Source of the DNA: Octopus bimaculoides
Lineage: Eukaryota
DNA: 37,245 nt
Assembly (NCBI RefSeq): GCF_001194135.2
Contig: NC_069002.1
Location: 1,796,457 to 1,833,701 of the forward strand
Direction of reading: 5' to 3'
Below, one piece after another: positions 22,831 to 32,771 of this stretch. The stretch's first letter is position 1. Each line of letters starts with the position of its first letter. Both the position numbers and the translations under genes were made by a program. The notes beneath the pieces were generated by a model. It made no database searches. It was not told the origin of the DNA and saw nothing but the letters and a program-made list of their open reading frames with translations.

Positions 22831-23517
22831 ACTGGCATGTCAAAGAATTGACCCAACGTTTCCTCTGTGTATCATAAAAGGTGGCTAAAAGAAATTGAAG
22901 TAAGGTCTGCACTCCGACCTGGTTGACTGGTTGAGGAGTTGCTTTAAAATCCAATCATAACGCTTCCATAGCTGTCATGTGATGCTGCTTCTATCTGGAA
23001 GAAATTAGGTTGAGTCTTTCAAAAGCATAAACAATTTCTCTGTGATAATTAGGTTTCATGACCTTGCTGATATGCAAGATCAGAGATAAACGTGTAACTT
23101 TCAGCATCTGCGTCTTCGTTTAGAAACAGGACAAACTATGTCTTCTTTCAGGTTTTGTGAGTCTTTACATCTTTCAAAGAAACATTGCAAAAGTAACTGG
23201 CGTGGTTTGACTTAATTTAGGAGAATGGTTGGAAAACTATAAGTTTAAACTCGCCTTTTCTTTGACAGCTAATTACATCAGTTTCTTTGATGCTAATGTA
23301 ATTGATTAGCGTCACTATGATGGTCTACAATGAGCGTTCCATTTCTTTCAAAAAGGGCTTTATTTTGCGGTATAGAGAAGGTGTTTCTTCGCGAGCCCTT
23401 TTCAATTTTTTTATCGTTTAAACAGGAGCAGCACAGCATTTATGATCTTTCACAGGGTTGCCGAGACAGGTGGGAGGAAAGGAAACAGAAAAAGAGAGAA
23501 AGAAAGAGAGGGGGAGG

Positions 23518-23519
<2 letters not shown>

Positions 23520-23560
<41 letters not shown>

Positions 23561-23624
23561 AGAAGAAGAAGAAGAAGAAGAAGAAGAAGAAGAAGAAGAA
23601 GAAGAAGAAGAAGAAGAAGAAGAA
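23520..23624. repeat. Compound (GA)n-(GAA)n polypurine microsatellite
   Basis: About 35 bp of GA then about 23 GAA units; source of the poly-E/K/R ORFs. Confidence 0.97.
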
Positions 23625-24199
23625 AATCTTCAAACCTGTGCTCATGATTTCTTTTAGGGTCTCCCAAACTGGTGGAAAGAAAATAAAAAAGAAAGAATAA
23701 AAGAATGTGTGTGTGTGTGTGTGTGTGTGTAGTTTTAAAAATTCAGAAATAACCCCTAAGCACAATATACCAACAACACACATACACAAACAAAGAGATT
23801 GCTGTCATAAAACTGGTGTCCACTAAATCAGGAAGTCACACGCAACAATAAAGAAATTACGGTAAAATAGAAAACGGACGCCAACACTGAGACCCAGCAT
23901 AACTTGCAAAAGCTAAGTTTAAGGCACAATAGGAGGGAATGGTTCTTGAGCTGTTTGCTGCAAGGCGGATCTGGGTGCACCGGAAATATTTGAAAATACA
24001 ACTTAACGCTTAAGAAAATCTATACAAATGCTTGATGATCTTGAAAAATGTTATTCTCTCTACGAAAGGCTCAAGGCCTGAAATTTGGGTGAGTTATGGG
24101 CTGGTTGATTTCATAAACCCCAGTATTTTACAGGTACTGTTTTATGGACTCCTAAAAGAATTTTAACTTAGAATATTATTCACGATATTCTTTTCTACT

Positions 24200-24393
24200 C
24201 TGGGTACAAGGCCTGAAGGCCCGAAATTTTTGGTGGGAGGGAGCCAGTCGATTACATCGACCCCAGTACGCAAATGGTACTTAATTTATCGACCCCGAAA
24301 GAATGAAAGGCAAAGTCAACTCAGAACATAAAGACAGACGAAATACAGCTCAGCACTTCGTGCTAACGTTTCTGCCAGCTCCCCGCGCCTTTA
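24200..24393 (-). mobile_element. Family A SINE (tail type 2, internal deletion), preceded by an older A-like tail at about 24065-24170
   Basis: GCCAGTCGATTACATCGACCCCAGTACGCAAATGGTACTTAATTTATCGACCCCGAAAG..GTGCTAACGTTTCTGCCAGCTC. Confidence 0.9.
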
Positions 24394-25394
24394 AACTGTT
24401 GGATATTAAATAAATATCGTTGATATATCTTAGATACCGTACAGTATTTTCTCACTATAGATCCCCTAGACTAATTTTGAACTATCCTTCGACAAACTTC
24501 CAGTTATCTATTGCTACTGTTATCAAGGTCTTGAACTTTCATAGCAATGGCTTCTTTATTCTAAAAGTAGAAATCGTAATTTCATTAACAGTTCTGAAAA
24601 CTATATAAGTAAATGCTAAAAACGTCTGCTGTTACTTAGAATAGACGGGTAAACAACTTGCAACAGTGACTGCTTGCTGATTATGCAACAAAAATGGGAC
24701 TTTAATTTATCAACCCCGAAAGTAAAGTTTACCTTGCTAACATTTGGATTCAGCGCCTAATAGGCTGCAACTAAATAATATATCAAGGTGTTTACCTCAT
24801 CGACCTCCTTGAAATTCTCTCGAAGCAATCAGAGAAATCAAGAAAAACTCACTGTGGCCAACTGAAAAAAAGAAAGAGAGAGAAAAAAAAACCCCAACCA
24901 AAATCAAATAACCAATGACAGTATACTTTTGTGTGATGATCACCCGAAGTGGAAATAAGGTGGATGTGGTTAAGTATTTACATATGAAAGGTTACAAATA
25001 TAGATGCATGTGTACATATATATACCCACAAGTATATATAAGAATTTCAGCACCAGTATTGCTAGAAATAAGAGTCAAACGAACTCAATAGCCACAGAAA
25101 GCATTATGTTAATGACTGACAAGAGAGGCAAGCTCGCTACAACACCGGACATACCCAGATCATCGATGATTTTTCAGAGAATTGAAAGCTATTTAGTTGT
25201 TATTTTTAGCTGGCCCAGTGACTACATTGACTTCTCACGCCATCATGCGGTTGAGTTGTAGATCCGGATGTCTGTGGGATGTTTAAAAGGAAGAACATAC
25301 GAACCCATCTGTATTGTTTCATACGTACAGCGCCCACCCACTTCCCGGCTTTATTATAACTCGTATAGTTATTTCCCATTTTTGAAGTTACAAC

Positions 25395-25585
25395 AAAGAT
25401 GCTGAGCTGGCAGATCCTGGCGCTTCCTAAAACGAGAACTCATTGCAGCATTTCTTCCGATACTTTACGTTCTGAGTTCAAATTTTACTGAAGGCAACTT
25501 TGCTTTTCATCCATTGGAGGTCGATGTAATCGATTTCTCTTCACGTTTCATAATTGCAGGCCTTGTGCCAAACTTAGAAACAATA
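25395..25585 (+). mobile_element. Diverged family A SINE
   Basis: GAGCTGGCAGA head, TTACGTTCTGAGTTCAAATT, GGTCGATGTAATCGAT, GCAGGCCTTGTGCC tail. Confidence 0.75.
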
Positions 25586-25897
25586 AAAAAATCCGTTGCT
25601 TAATATTTTTTATTTATTATTTGTCAGCTTATAAGATTTCCGTTGAAATTACACGCTAATTTCATAAACGGTAAAAGTGAATATTATAATTAATATGGAT
25701 TGCTATTTCACAATTTTACAACTCAATAGCCACAAGAAAAAAAAACACACACATACACACACCAAAACAAAAGCAGGTGGGGTTTAGATTGATCAAAGAG
25801 AAACACTACAATATCAAAGGATATACAAACAAAAGTTAGAGAAATAAATAAAAGATTATTGAATTGAATTTTCAAGAACCGGAGAGTCCATTTATGG

Positions 25898-25960
25898 CAG
25901 AGGTTCTCAAACCCCCTCATGGCCACATAATACCCTCAGCGCCTCCACCCCTATTTTTAT
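25898..25960 (+). mobile_element. Possible orphan hAT (Charlie-like) terminal sequence
   Basis: CAGAGGTTCTCAAACC resembles the CAG(T/G)GGTTCTCAAAC terminus of Charlie-type hATs; no partner TIR or TSD found. Confidence 0.3.
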
Positions 25961-26681
25961 GTATAAATAAATATTTTGTATTTTACTAATTTATATATAT
26001 TATGAATCATTTGATATTTAATATAATATTATATAATTTGTATACAATACTATAATAATGTTATAATAAATTCATAGCGTCCCCCAATCCACTGCCTTCT
26101 TCCTAATGCCTCCTTTTTCTCTACCCCTCCACCACGCACCACCCCTTTAGACACCAGTGCCCACCAGGTAATTCGGGTATCCGTTCTGTAAGGATTGACC
26201 TGGGGCTAAAGCTCATCAACAACAGCAGCAACAACTTTACTGTAGGACAGGTATTAGAAACGGGGTGCAAAGAGATATAAAACCCCCACCTCTGCCATGA
26301 CCACCCAGCCACATACACACTTACCTAGACATTGTCATTGTAGCTAGTAAGAAGTAGACTTAGGATAATTATTTCATAATTACTAGGTGCTAATTACTAT
26401 CATTATTATAGATATTGTGATTAACAACAAAATATCTTGACTCATAGGTCGTCTGATTCAATGGGGATCTTGTTTGCTTTTTTTGTTTTAGGGCCAAACT
26501 ATGAAACTTGTCTATTGGGGGTAGAGACGATACTTCCGTTTTCCCTTTCGCCGGGTGCTGGTGTCAGCTTCGCTCTGACAATCGGAGTTGTATTAGTAAT
26601 AGACATACATACATACATACATACATACATACATACATACATACATACATACATACATACGTACGTACGTACATATATATA

Positions 26682-26868
26682 TGGACCGCTGAAATCTACA
26701 AGTGTTTTTTCATTCTCTCTCTATTTATTTTCTCTTATTACTTTCTGTTGAAGAGCGTAGGCTCGAAACATAAAAGACGTCTTCATTTTCCCGAGCGTCA
26801 ATCTAATATATTTGCTTGTTGTTCATACACCTGTCTTCGTCTTTTGTTTTTCTATAAATTTCAACTAT
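26682..26868 (+). mobile_element. ~190-bp Penelope-type terminal repeat, copy 1
   Basis: Closely similar to 31812-32004 (TGGACCGCTGAAATCTACAAGT..TATTTTCTCTTATT..GAAGAGCGTAGGCTC..CATACACCTGTCTTCGT..TATAAATTTCAACTAT); preceded by (ACAT)n. Confidence 0.75.
26741..26776 (+). ncRNA. Minimal hammerhead-ribozyme-like motif (variant core), copy 1
   Basis: CTTT-CTGTTGA-A-GAGC-GTAG-GCTC-GAAA-CATA-AAAG: stem I CTTT/AAAG, stem II GAGC/GCTC, GAAA intact; the ACGT palindrome reads ACAT here. Confidence 0.5.
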
Positions 26869-26909
26869 CATCATCATCATCGTTTAACGTCCGCTTTCCA
26901 TGCTAGCAT
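26866..26909 (-). mobile_element. Probable 3' tip of a LINE/SINE with a (GAT)n tail
   Basis: (ATC)n-GTTTAACGTCCGCTTTCCATGCTAGCAT; I recall it as a common Octopus retroposon end, but it is single-copy here. Confidence 0.4.
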
Positions 26910-27177
26910 ACTATATATATATATATATATATATNNNNNNNNNNNNAGAGAGAGAGAGAGAGAGAGAGAGAGATACATTGACAGGTTAGCGTTTGTTTTT
27001 ATGTAAACATATAGCACAACGTAACAAAACATTTTAGTTGAAAACATATTTATTACATTTTAGAAGAAAAATACTTGCAGTTAGCAAGTCAAAACAACCT
27101 TTCCGTCGTAAAAATTTATATATTCCGTGTGTGTGTGTATATATATATACACACACACACACACGGAATATATATAT

Positions 27178-27347
27178 ATATACGACGGGCTTTTTTCAGT
27201 TTCCGTCTACCAAATCTACTCACAAGGCTTTGGTCGGCCCGAAGCTATACTAAAAGACACTTGCCCGACTTGCCACGCAGTGGGACTGAACCCGGAACCA
27301 AGTGGTTGGTAAGCAAGCTACTTACCACTTAGCCACTCCTGCGCCTA
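27178..27347 (-). mobile_element. Family B SINE, 5' half, well preserved
   Basis: TACGACGGGC..CAGTTTCCGTCTACCAAAT..GGGACTGAACCCGGAACC..GCCACTCCTGCGCCT is the reverse complement of the 9983 head. Confidence 0.93.
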
Positions 27348-27669
27348 TGTGCATACATACATTTATATGTATACATTTATACATATACACACACACACAT
27401 ACATTTCTATATGTGTGTGTGGGGGAGAGAGAGAGAGAGAAAGCGACTGGCAGATATGACGTTCGAATGGAATGAATTACATAGTATATTATTAAGGGAT
27501 GATGCAATAATGTGATGTGTTCGTTGTTGTCGTTGTTGTTGCTGTTTATTCCCAAGTCAACTCCCTGACCTAACAGAGTTACGTGCAGAAGTAGTCCAAC
27601 CGTGACCATCGCATTTTTTCATCTAAGAACACATTCCAGACGGTGAATTAACAGTCATTAGAGCATTAA

Positions 27670-28065
27670 CCAAAATACTTTTGCGATATTTGTTCTGGCT
27701 CTTTGCGTTTGTGAGTTCAAATTCCTCTGATGTCAACCTGACCTTTCACCCTTGTGCCGGTGACTTAGTGAAATTGGGCAAAGAATTTTGGCAGTGTTCG
27801 CTTCAGTATTTTGCGTTCTGAGTTCAAATATCTCGGTTGTCAAATTGCTTTTTATCACCCTAAGGGTCAGTAAAGATAAGATACCATTTCAATGGCTGTG
27901 GGCTGATGGAAGAGGGGGCAGCGTTGGGTAAAACATTTTTGGGGTATTTTTACCAGCATTGTACGTTGTGAGTTCAACTATCACTGAGGTACAAATCTGT
28001 TTTGGGGTTTTTTTTTTCAATTTTACTTGGGCCGATAAAATAAAGTACCATTTCAGTGATGTGGA
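27670..28065 (+). repeat. Three tandem, old family A-like core units
   Basis: CGTT(T)(G/C)TGAGTTCAA near 27705-27720, 27814-27828 and 27964-27977, each preceded by an AAA..TTTT.G motif and followed by a degenerate core. Confidence 0.6.
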
Positions 28066-28109
28066 TTTGCAGATCTTTACCTTACTTGATTCAGCTCTTC
28101 ACCGATCTG

Positions 28110-28275
28110 CTGATTAGGTGGGTGCATAGAATTGGAGGACGCGGCGGCGCTGGTACGGAGTCGCCAGCAATGGAGAGCACTAGTGAACCTGGTCGGCTCT
28201 ATGCACGATGACGTCTCGGAGAATTTTAACCTGGGTTTAACCCAGGCCTATCAAGCAAGAGCTTGAAGCAAGAAA
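28110..28275 (+). mobile_element. Possible 3' end of an RTE-type LINE
   Basis: GC-rich island translating IELEDAAALVRSRQQWRALVNLVGSM (resembles the AxDRxxWRxLV C-terminus of RTE ORFs), then an 8-bp hairpin (28230-28246) and a CAAGCAAG tail. Confidence 0.45.
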
Positions 28276-28484
28276 GTATAGAATTTATCCCTATCTAGCT
28301 GATTAAATGGCGCTATGTAAACAAAATATATAGCCATATACAATATATGGACACACACACACACACATTCGTACATACATATGTATGTGTGCGAGTATTA
28401 AAGAAACACTTAATGTTTATCAAAGCGGTCACCAAATGTCGTTTGTCGATCCCTAATGACGATTGGGTAGAAAAGGAAGGACTA

Positions 28485-29130
28485 CATTGGTGGTGGTGGT
28501 GGTGGTGGTGATGATGGTTGTGATGCTGATGGTATTGGTCTTGATGGCGGTGGTGGTGGTGGGGGGTGTTGGTATTGGTCTTGAAGATGATATTGTTTGG
28601 TGATGGTGGCGCTTATGGCATCGATTTCGATGGTGGCGTTGTTCTTGGTGGAGCTGTTGATGGTGGTCTAAATGGTATTTGTCTTGAAGAAGATTTTGTT
28701 GGTAACTGACAGTTAATTTATGCACTGATGGTGGTGGTGGTGGTGGTGGTGGTGGTGGTGGTGGTGATGCCGATGGTATTGGTTCTGGCGCTGGTGTGGT
28801 GTTACTGATGGTGTTGATGGTGGGGGTGATGGCAGTAGCCTTCAAAACGGTCTTGTTGATGGTTCTTATTGGTGGTAGTGGTGGTGTTGATGGTATTATT
28901 TTGATGGTGTTGGAGGTGAACTCGATGGTGGTGTTGATAGCGGAGGTCTTGATGGCGGTGGTGTTGTTGAGTGTGCTGATGGTGGTGATGACAGAATTAG
29001 TTTTGATGATGATGTTGACGCTAATGATATCCATCTTGACAGCAGTAGCGAGATGGTTTAATGATAATGATGGTGATAATCATGGTGATGGTGGTAGTGG
29101 TGGTAGTGGTGGTGCGATGGTCATGGTGCT
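28485..29130. repeat. Degenerate (GGT/GAT)n low-complexity tract; a second tract lies at 29350-29645
   Basis: Triplet-periodic G/T-rich sequence with a pure (GGT)n core near 28728-28765. Confidence 0.9.
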
Positions 29131-29349
29131 TCTTTATCCAAGGTGAGTTCTGAATGAGCGAACGTATCGTCAGATGGAAGTATTCTTTCTGTGACCATCC
29201 CGTCATTTTTTCTTCATGTATCTAGGACTATATAAGCCAAAGTGTCCATTTTTAAGGTAATTTGGCTGTTATTTCTAGCTGGTTGGACGACCACTTATGT
29301 GTTCCTCATTTGCCACGTGCTTCCTCGGTTGCTCGTGCATATGATGTAG

Positions 29350-29715
29350 CTATTGTTGTTGTTGTGGCTGATAATGGTGGTGGTGGTGGCGGTGGCAGTG
29401 ACGAGGATAATGATGACGAGGGTGGTAATGATGACAATAATGACGATAGTTGTGGTGGAAGTGGTGGTGGTGGTGGTGGAGGTGGTGGTTGTGGTGAAAG
29501 TGGTGAGGGGTGGTAGTGAAGAGGGGTGGTAGTGATGGTGTTGATGATGGTGACGCAGTTGTGGTGTGGGTGACGGCTGTGATGGTGGTGGCGGTTGTAA
29601 TCGCAGCGGCGGTGGTGGGGAGTAATGGTGATGTCAGTGGTGGTAGCATGATATTTCGGTCTTCGTCCCAGATTCCATCGGTAAATGGCAGAGATGCTGT
29701 GAGGAAGTCGGGATG
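29350..29715 (-). CDS. Candidate terminal exon: short unique N-segment, Thr/Pro-rich linker, His-rich tail
   Basis: Open frame from 29715 (after CACTTTAG|): HPDFLTASLPFTDGIWDEDRNIMLPPL..., joining ORF 29649-29350; alternative acceptor CTTCCTCACAG| at 29696; mostly low-complexity. Confidence 0.22.
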   Translation of the reverse strand, partial: HPDFLTASLPFTDGIWDEDRNIMLPPLTSPLLPTTAAAITTATTITAVTHTTTASPSSTPSLPPLFTTTPHHFHHNHHLHHHHHHFHHNYRHYCHHYHPRHHYPRHCHRHHHHHYQPQQQQ

Positions 29716-30259
29716 CTAAAGTGCGCTCGCGCGCATATGTAGGTGCCTCTGTACGCATGTGTATAAGAGTAAATAACATTTTCTTCATCTCGGTGAAGAA
29801 ATCTGCAACAACAACAACAACCGCATCATTGGCGTCTATCTGTTCACTCCTCATCTTCTACACAGCATCCGTCATCAACACATCACCAGCCACATGACTT
29901 AGACGAACGCACACATTCTTGTTGTCTACTGATGCTGTTGTTTCGTTGTTGTCATCGTCGTTGTTGCTGTTTTGTTGTTCTTTCACAATACATTGACGTC
30001 ATAAGAATCTGTCCGCTTTCTTTTTCTTTCCCTACCTTATTTCTTTTTCTCAACATTTCATCTTTCTCTTTCTTTCTTTCTTTCTTTCTCCACTTCACCG
30101 TCACACTATACTCATATACACATAAACACATACCACAGCCAGGCAAAAACACAAACGCACCGTCGCTCCTCTTCTAAATGCGTATCAAATAAGCACTTTA
30201 CGAAAAATATTGAGTACTTCTTCAGTTTAATGTTAAATTGTTTTTATTGCAACTCGACA

Positions 30260-30436
30260 TAAGACGGCGAGCTGCCAGAATCGCTATGCACATGCACGGC
30301 TGTGTATTAAGAAGTTTGTTTCCCAGCCACATGGTTCCAGGTTCAGTCCCACTGCGTGGCACCTTGGCAAGTGTTTTTTACTACAGCCTCGGGCCGACAA
30401 AATCCTTGTGAATGGATTTAGTAGACAGAAACTGAA
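30260..30436 (+). mobile_element. Family A head (30260-30288) followed by a 3'-truncated family B SINE (30290-30436)
   Basis: AAGACGGCGAGCTGCCAGAATCG then GGCTGTGT..GGTTCAGTCCCACTGCGTGGCACCTTGGCAAG..AGTAGACAGAAACTGAA. Confidence 0.85.
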
Positions 30437-30569
30437 TTTTGGCTTTAAAAAGTTTTTTTCCTTTATTTCAGGAATAGCTAGATGTATTTTGGCGAACAGT
30501 CAACGGCGTTGGAAAGTATAAGAGTTGAAGTTGAAAACAAGGTGCATAGTTGTAAATGTTACCCTTTCT

Positions 30570-30800
30570 TTCTTTCCTTGAACACCCAACATAAAGCTGA
30601 CAATGGGTGATGCAGGGCACTTCAAGATGTAAACCGTCAACCTAAGATGTTTGCCTTGTGAGTTACTGATGGTCATGTCAAAACTAAAACTCACTGGAAA
30701 GTGATAAATATTAATAGAGTGCTTTGTCTTCGGGACGCAGATTACAAAAATCAAATCCGTTTTTCTCTCGGATGTACCATTTCGGAGCCCGTCGGTGATA
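30570..30800 (-). mobile_element. Decayed Helitron RepHel PIF1-type helicase, C-terminal fragment
   Basis: ORF 30823-30500 has DGLRNGT (cf. GLCNGT) and FPVSFSFDMTISNSQGKHL at 30700-30644 (cf. FPxxLxFAMTINKSQGQTL); a shifted frame at 30608-30576 gives THCQLYVGCSR (cf. SHGQLYVAxSR). Confidence 0.85.
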
Positions 30801-31368
30801 TGCACACATACACACACACACACACATACTCTGATTTATATAGCATATATAATTATTAACGATGGAAACATTATTAACACCAAAAGGTAATCTTTACAAA
30901 CAACTTAACGTGGATGCCTTGTTAAAACACGCAATACTGCGTTATTGGCCTCGAGAAATCCTCTTATAAAAGCGCGCACACAGATCGTAGCAGACGAGAA
31001 TTGTTCATCGTTAGCGCAGGAACTCTCATATCACGTGATTTCAGTCAACTCTGTATTACCGTATCTATATCATAGCGTTACATAAATATCAATATTGGTT
31101 TTAGATGTAAGTGGTTTTGATAAGGATGTCACTTGTTGAACTTTGACCTGACGCACCGTAACCTCTGGTTTCTCATTTAGCTCACACTTCATTCACTCTA
31201 CAACTTAAAAACAAACACAGACAGCCATCATTGAGATAAGGTAGACCGAGAGACGGAGAGCTGCCACTATGTGGTCCTGCGATATGCTTGAAATAGTTAC
31301 CATATCTTTCGAATTACATCCCGCCGTCTCATATAAGAAAAGGCCACATACATACACGCACATATACA

Positions 31369-31402
<34 letters not shown>

Positions 31403-31448
31403 AACACACATTCACACACACACACATATATAGTCCTCTCTCTAAACT

Positions 31449-31631
31449 GTGTGTGAATTTTACCATCAGTTCTCTGGAGTAGCCATGGGAACAAGAATGA
31501 GCCCATACTATGCGAAACTGTTCGTCAGCTGTGTTGAGGCCCAAATATTCTCTCAGTTCATCGTTCCCACTCCTGAACTATATGGTCGTTACACTGGCGA
31601 CTGCATCGGTGCGACCTCCCTCTCCCGCTAA
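31449..31631 (+). mobile_element. Decayed Penelope-like element reverse transcriptase fragment
   Basis: FYHQFSGVAMGTRMSPYYAKLFVSCVEAQIFSQFIVPTPELYGRYTGDCIGATSLSR matches the PLE RT pattern YxQxxGxAMGxxxxPxYANLF..RYIDD; the catalytic YIDD now reads YTGD (31590-31601). Confidence 0.85.
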
Positions 31632-31811
31632 CATCTCGTCTCATCCCTCTCTTTCCTCTAGTGTGTCTCTGTATGCTGTTTCTTTGTGTATGTGCTTTTG
31701 TATTTTCGTACAATTTTGAACCACACACATACACGTACATACGCACACGCACACACACACATACATACATACATACATACATGCATGCATATATATATAT
31801 GTTATATGTGC

Positions 31812-32004
31812 TGGACCGCTGAAATCTACAAGTCTTTTACATTCTCTCTCTGTTTATTTTCTCTTATTCCTTTCTGCCGAAGAGCGTAGGCTCAAAACGT
31901 AAAAGACTTTTCCATTTTCCCGATCATCAAACTAATACACCTGCTTGTTGCTCATACACCTGTCTTCGTTTTTTTTTTTTTGTTTTTCTATAAATTTCAA
32001 CTAT
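31812..32004 (+). mobile_element. ~190-bp Penelope-type terminal repeat, copy 2
   Basis: Paralogue of 26682-26868, same strand and 180 bp downstream of the PLE RT fragment. Confidence 0.75.
31870..31905 (+). ncRNA. Minimal hammerhead-ribozyme-like motif (variant core), copy 2
   Basis: CTTT-CTGCCGA-A-GAGC-GTAG-GCTC-AAAA-CGTA-AAAG: stems I and II as in copy 1, palindromic ACGT and GUA triplet intact, G of GAAA mutated to A. Confidence 0.5.
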
Positions 32005-32771
32005 CCATATATATATAACCTTCTCACTGGTCAAAAGGGATAAACAACCCTCTGTCAAACATCCATTAATATTATATCGCCTGAAGAAATGAATCTATGA
32101 AGATGATCAACTCGATACCCACCGGATACTACGGACGACACTTTAATCATCTAAGGAATACGGACTGTGATCTTAAGAGACATGGGATTTGTGGAGACGC
32201 GCGTAGCGATGCATTAAAATATTTATAAATACTATCCAAGGAGTATTATTGTTATTATTTTTATATTAATCCTACATTATATCAGTACAGCTCGATGCAT
32301 CCCTAAAAGATTGGCTCACCAGTCAGCATCGTTAGATGGTGGCCAACATAATGGAACAGGAGCTTTATTTGCATATTCAAAACATTTTCTGAGACAAAAT
32401 TTGAAATTAGTAAGTATTAATTGGTGTTTGGTGTACCAACTGACATGAAATTGTAACAAAAGCTTTTCAAATGCCTTTAAAGAAGGAAGTTTACAACATC
32501 GAAACAGGAGTGGCTCAAATTAGTTAGTGTTACCACGAAGATTAAACAATATTAGCGCTTGCTCGGGCTCAGAAGTTACAGCCCGAGTTGTTATCTATAC
32601 AGGTAAATATTAAAAGTAATTCAAATTCAATGTTTTCTTGAAACAATAAATTTCTGCACTGTGTTCGATGTAATCGATTAGCACCCCTCCCCGGAACTTG
32701 CTGGCCTTGTGCTAAAATTTGAAATCATTACTTTGCTATATATGAAATCGATTCCAATATGTGAAAAGTTG

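Noticed and set aside
23340-23420. Minus-strand frame TIKKLKRAREETPSLYRKIKPFLKEMERSL*
   Set aside because: No usable in-frame acceptor or start upstream
31031-31040. ATCACGTGAT palindromic E-box
   Set aside because: A single short motif with no promoter context
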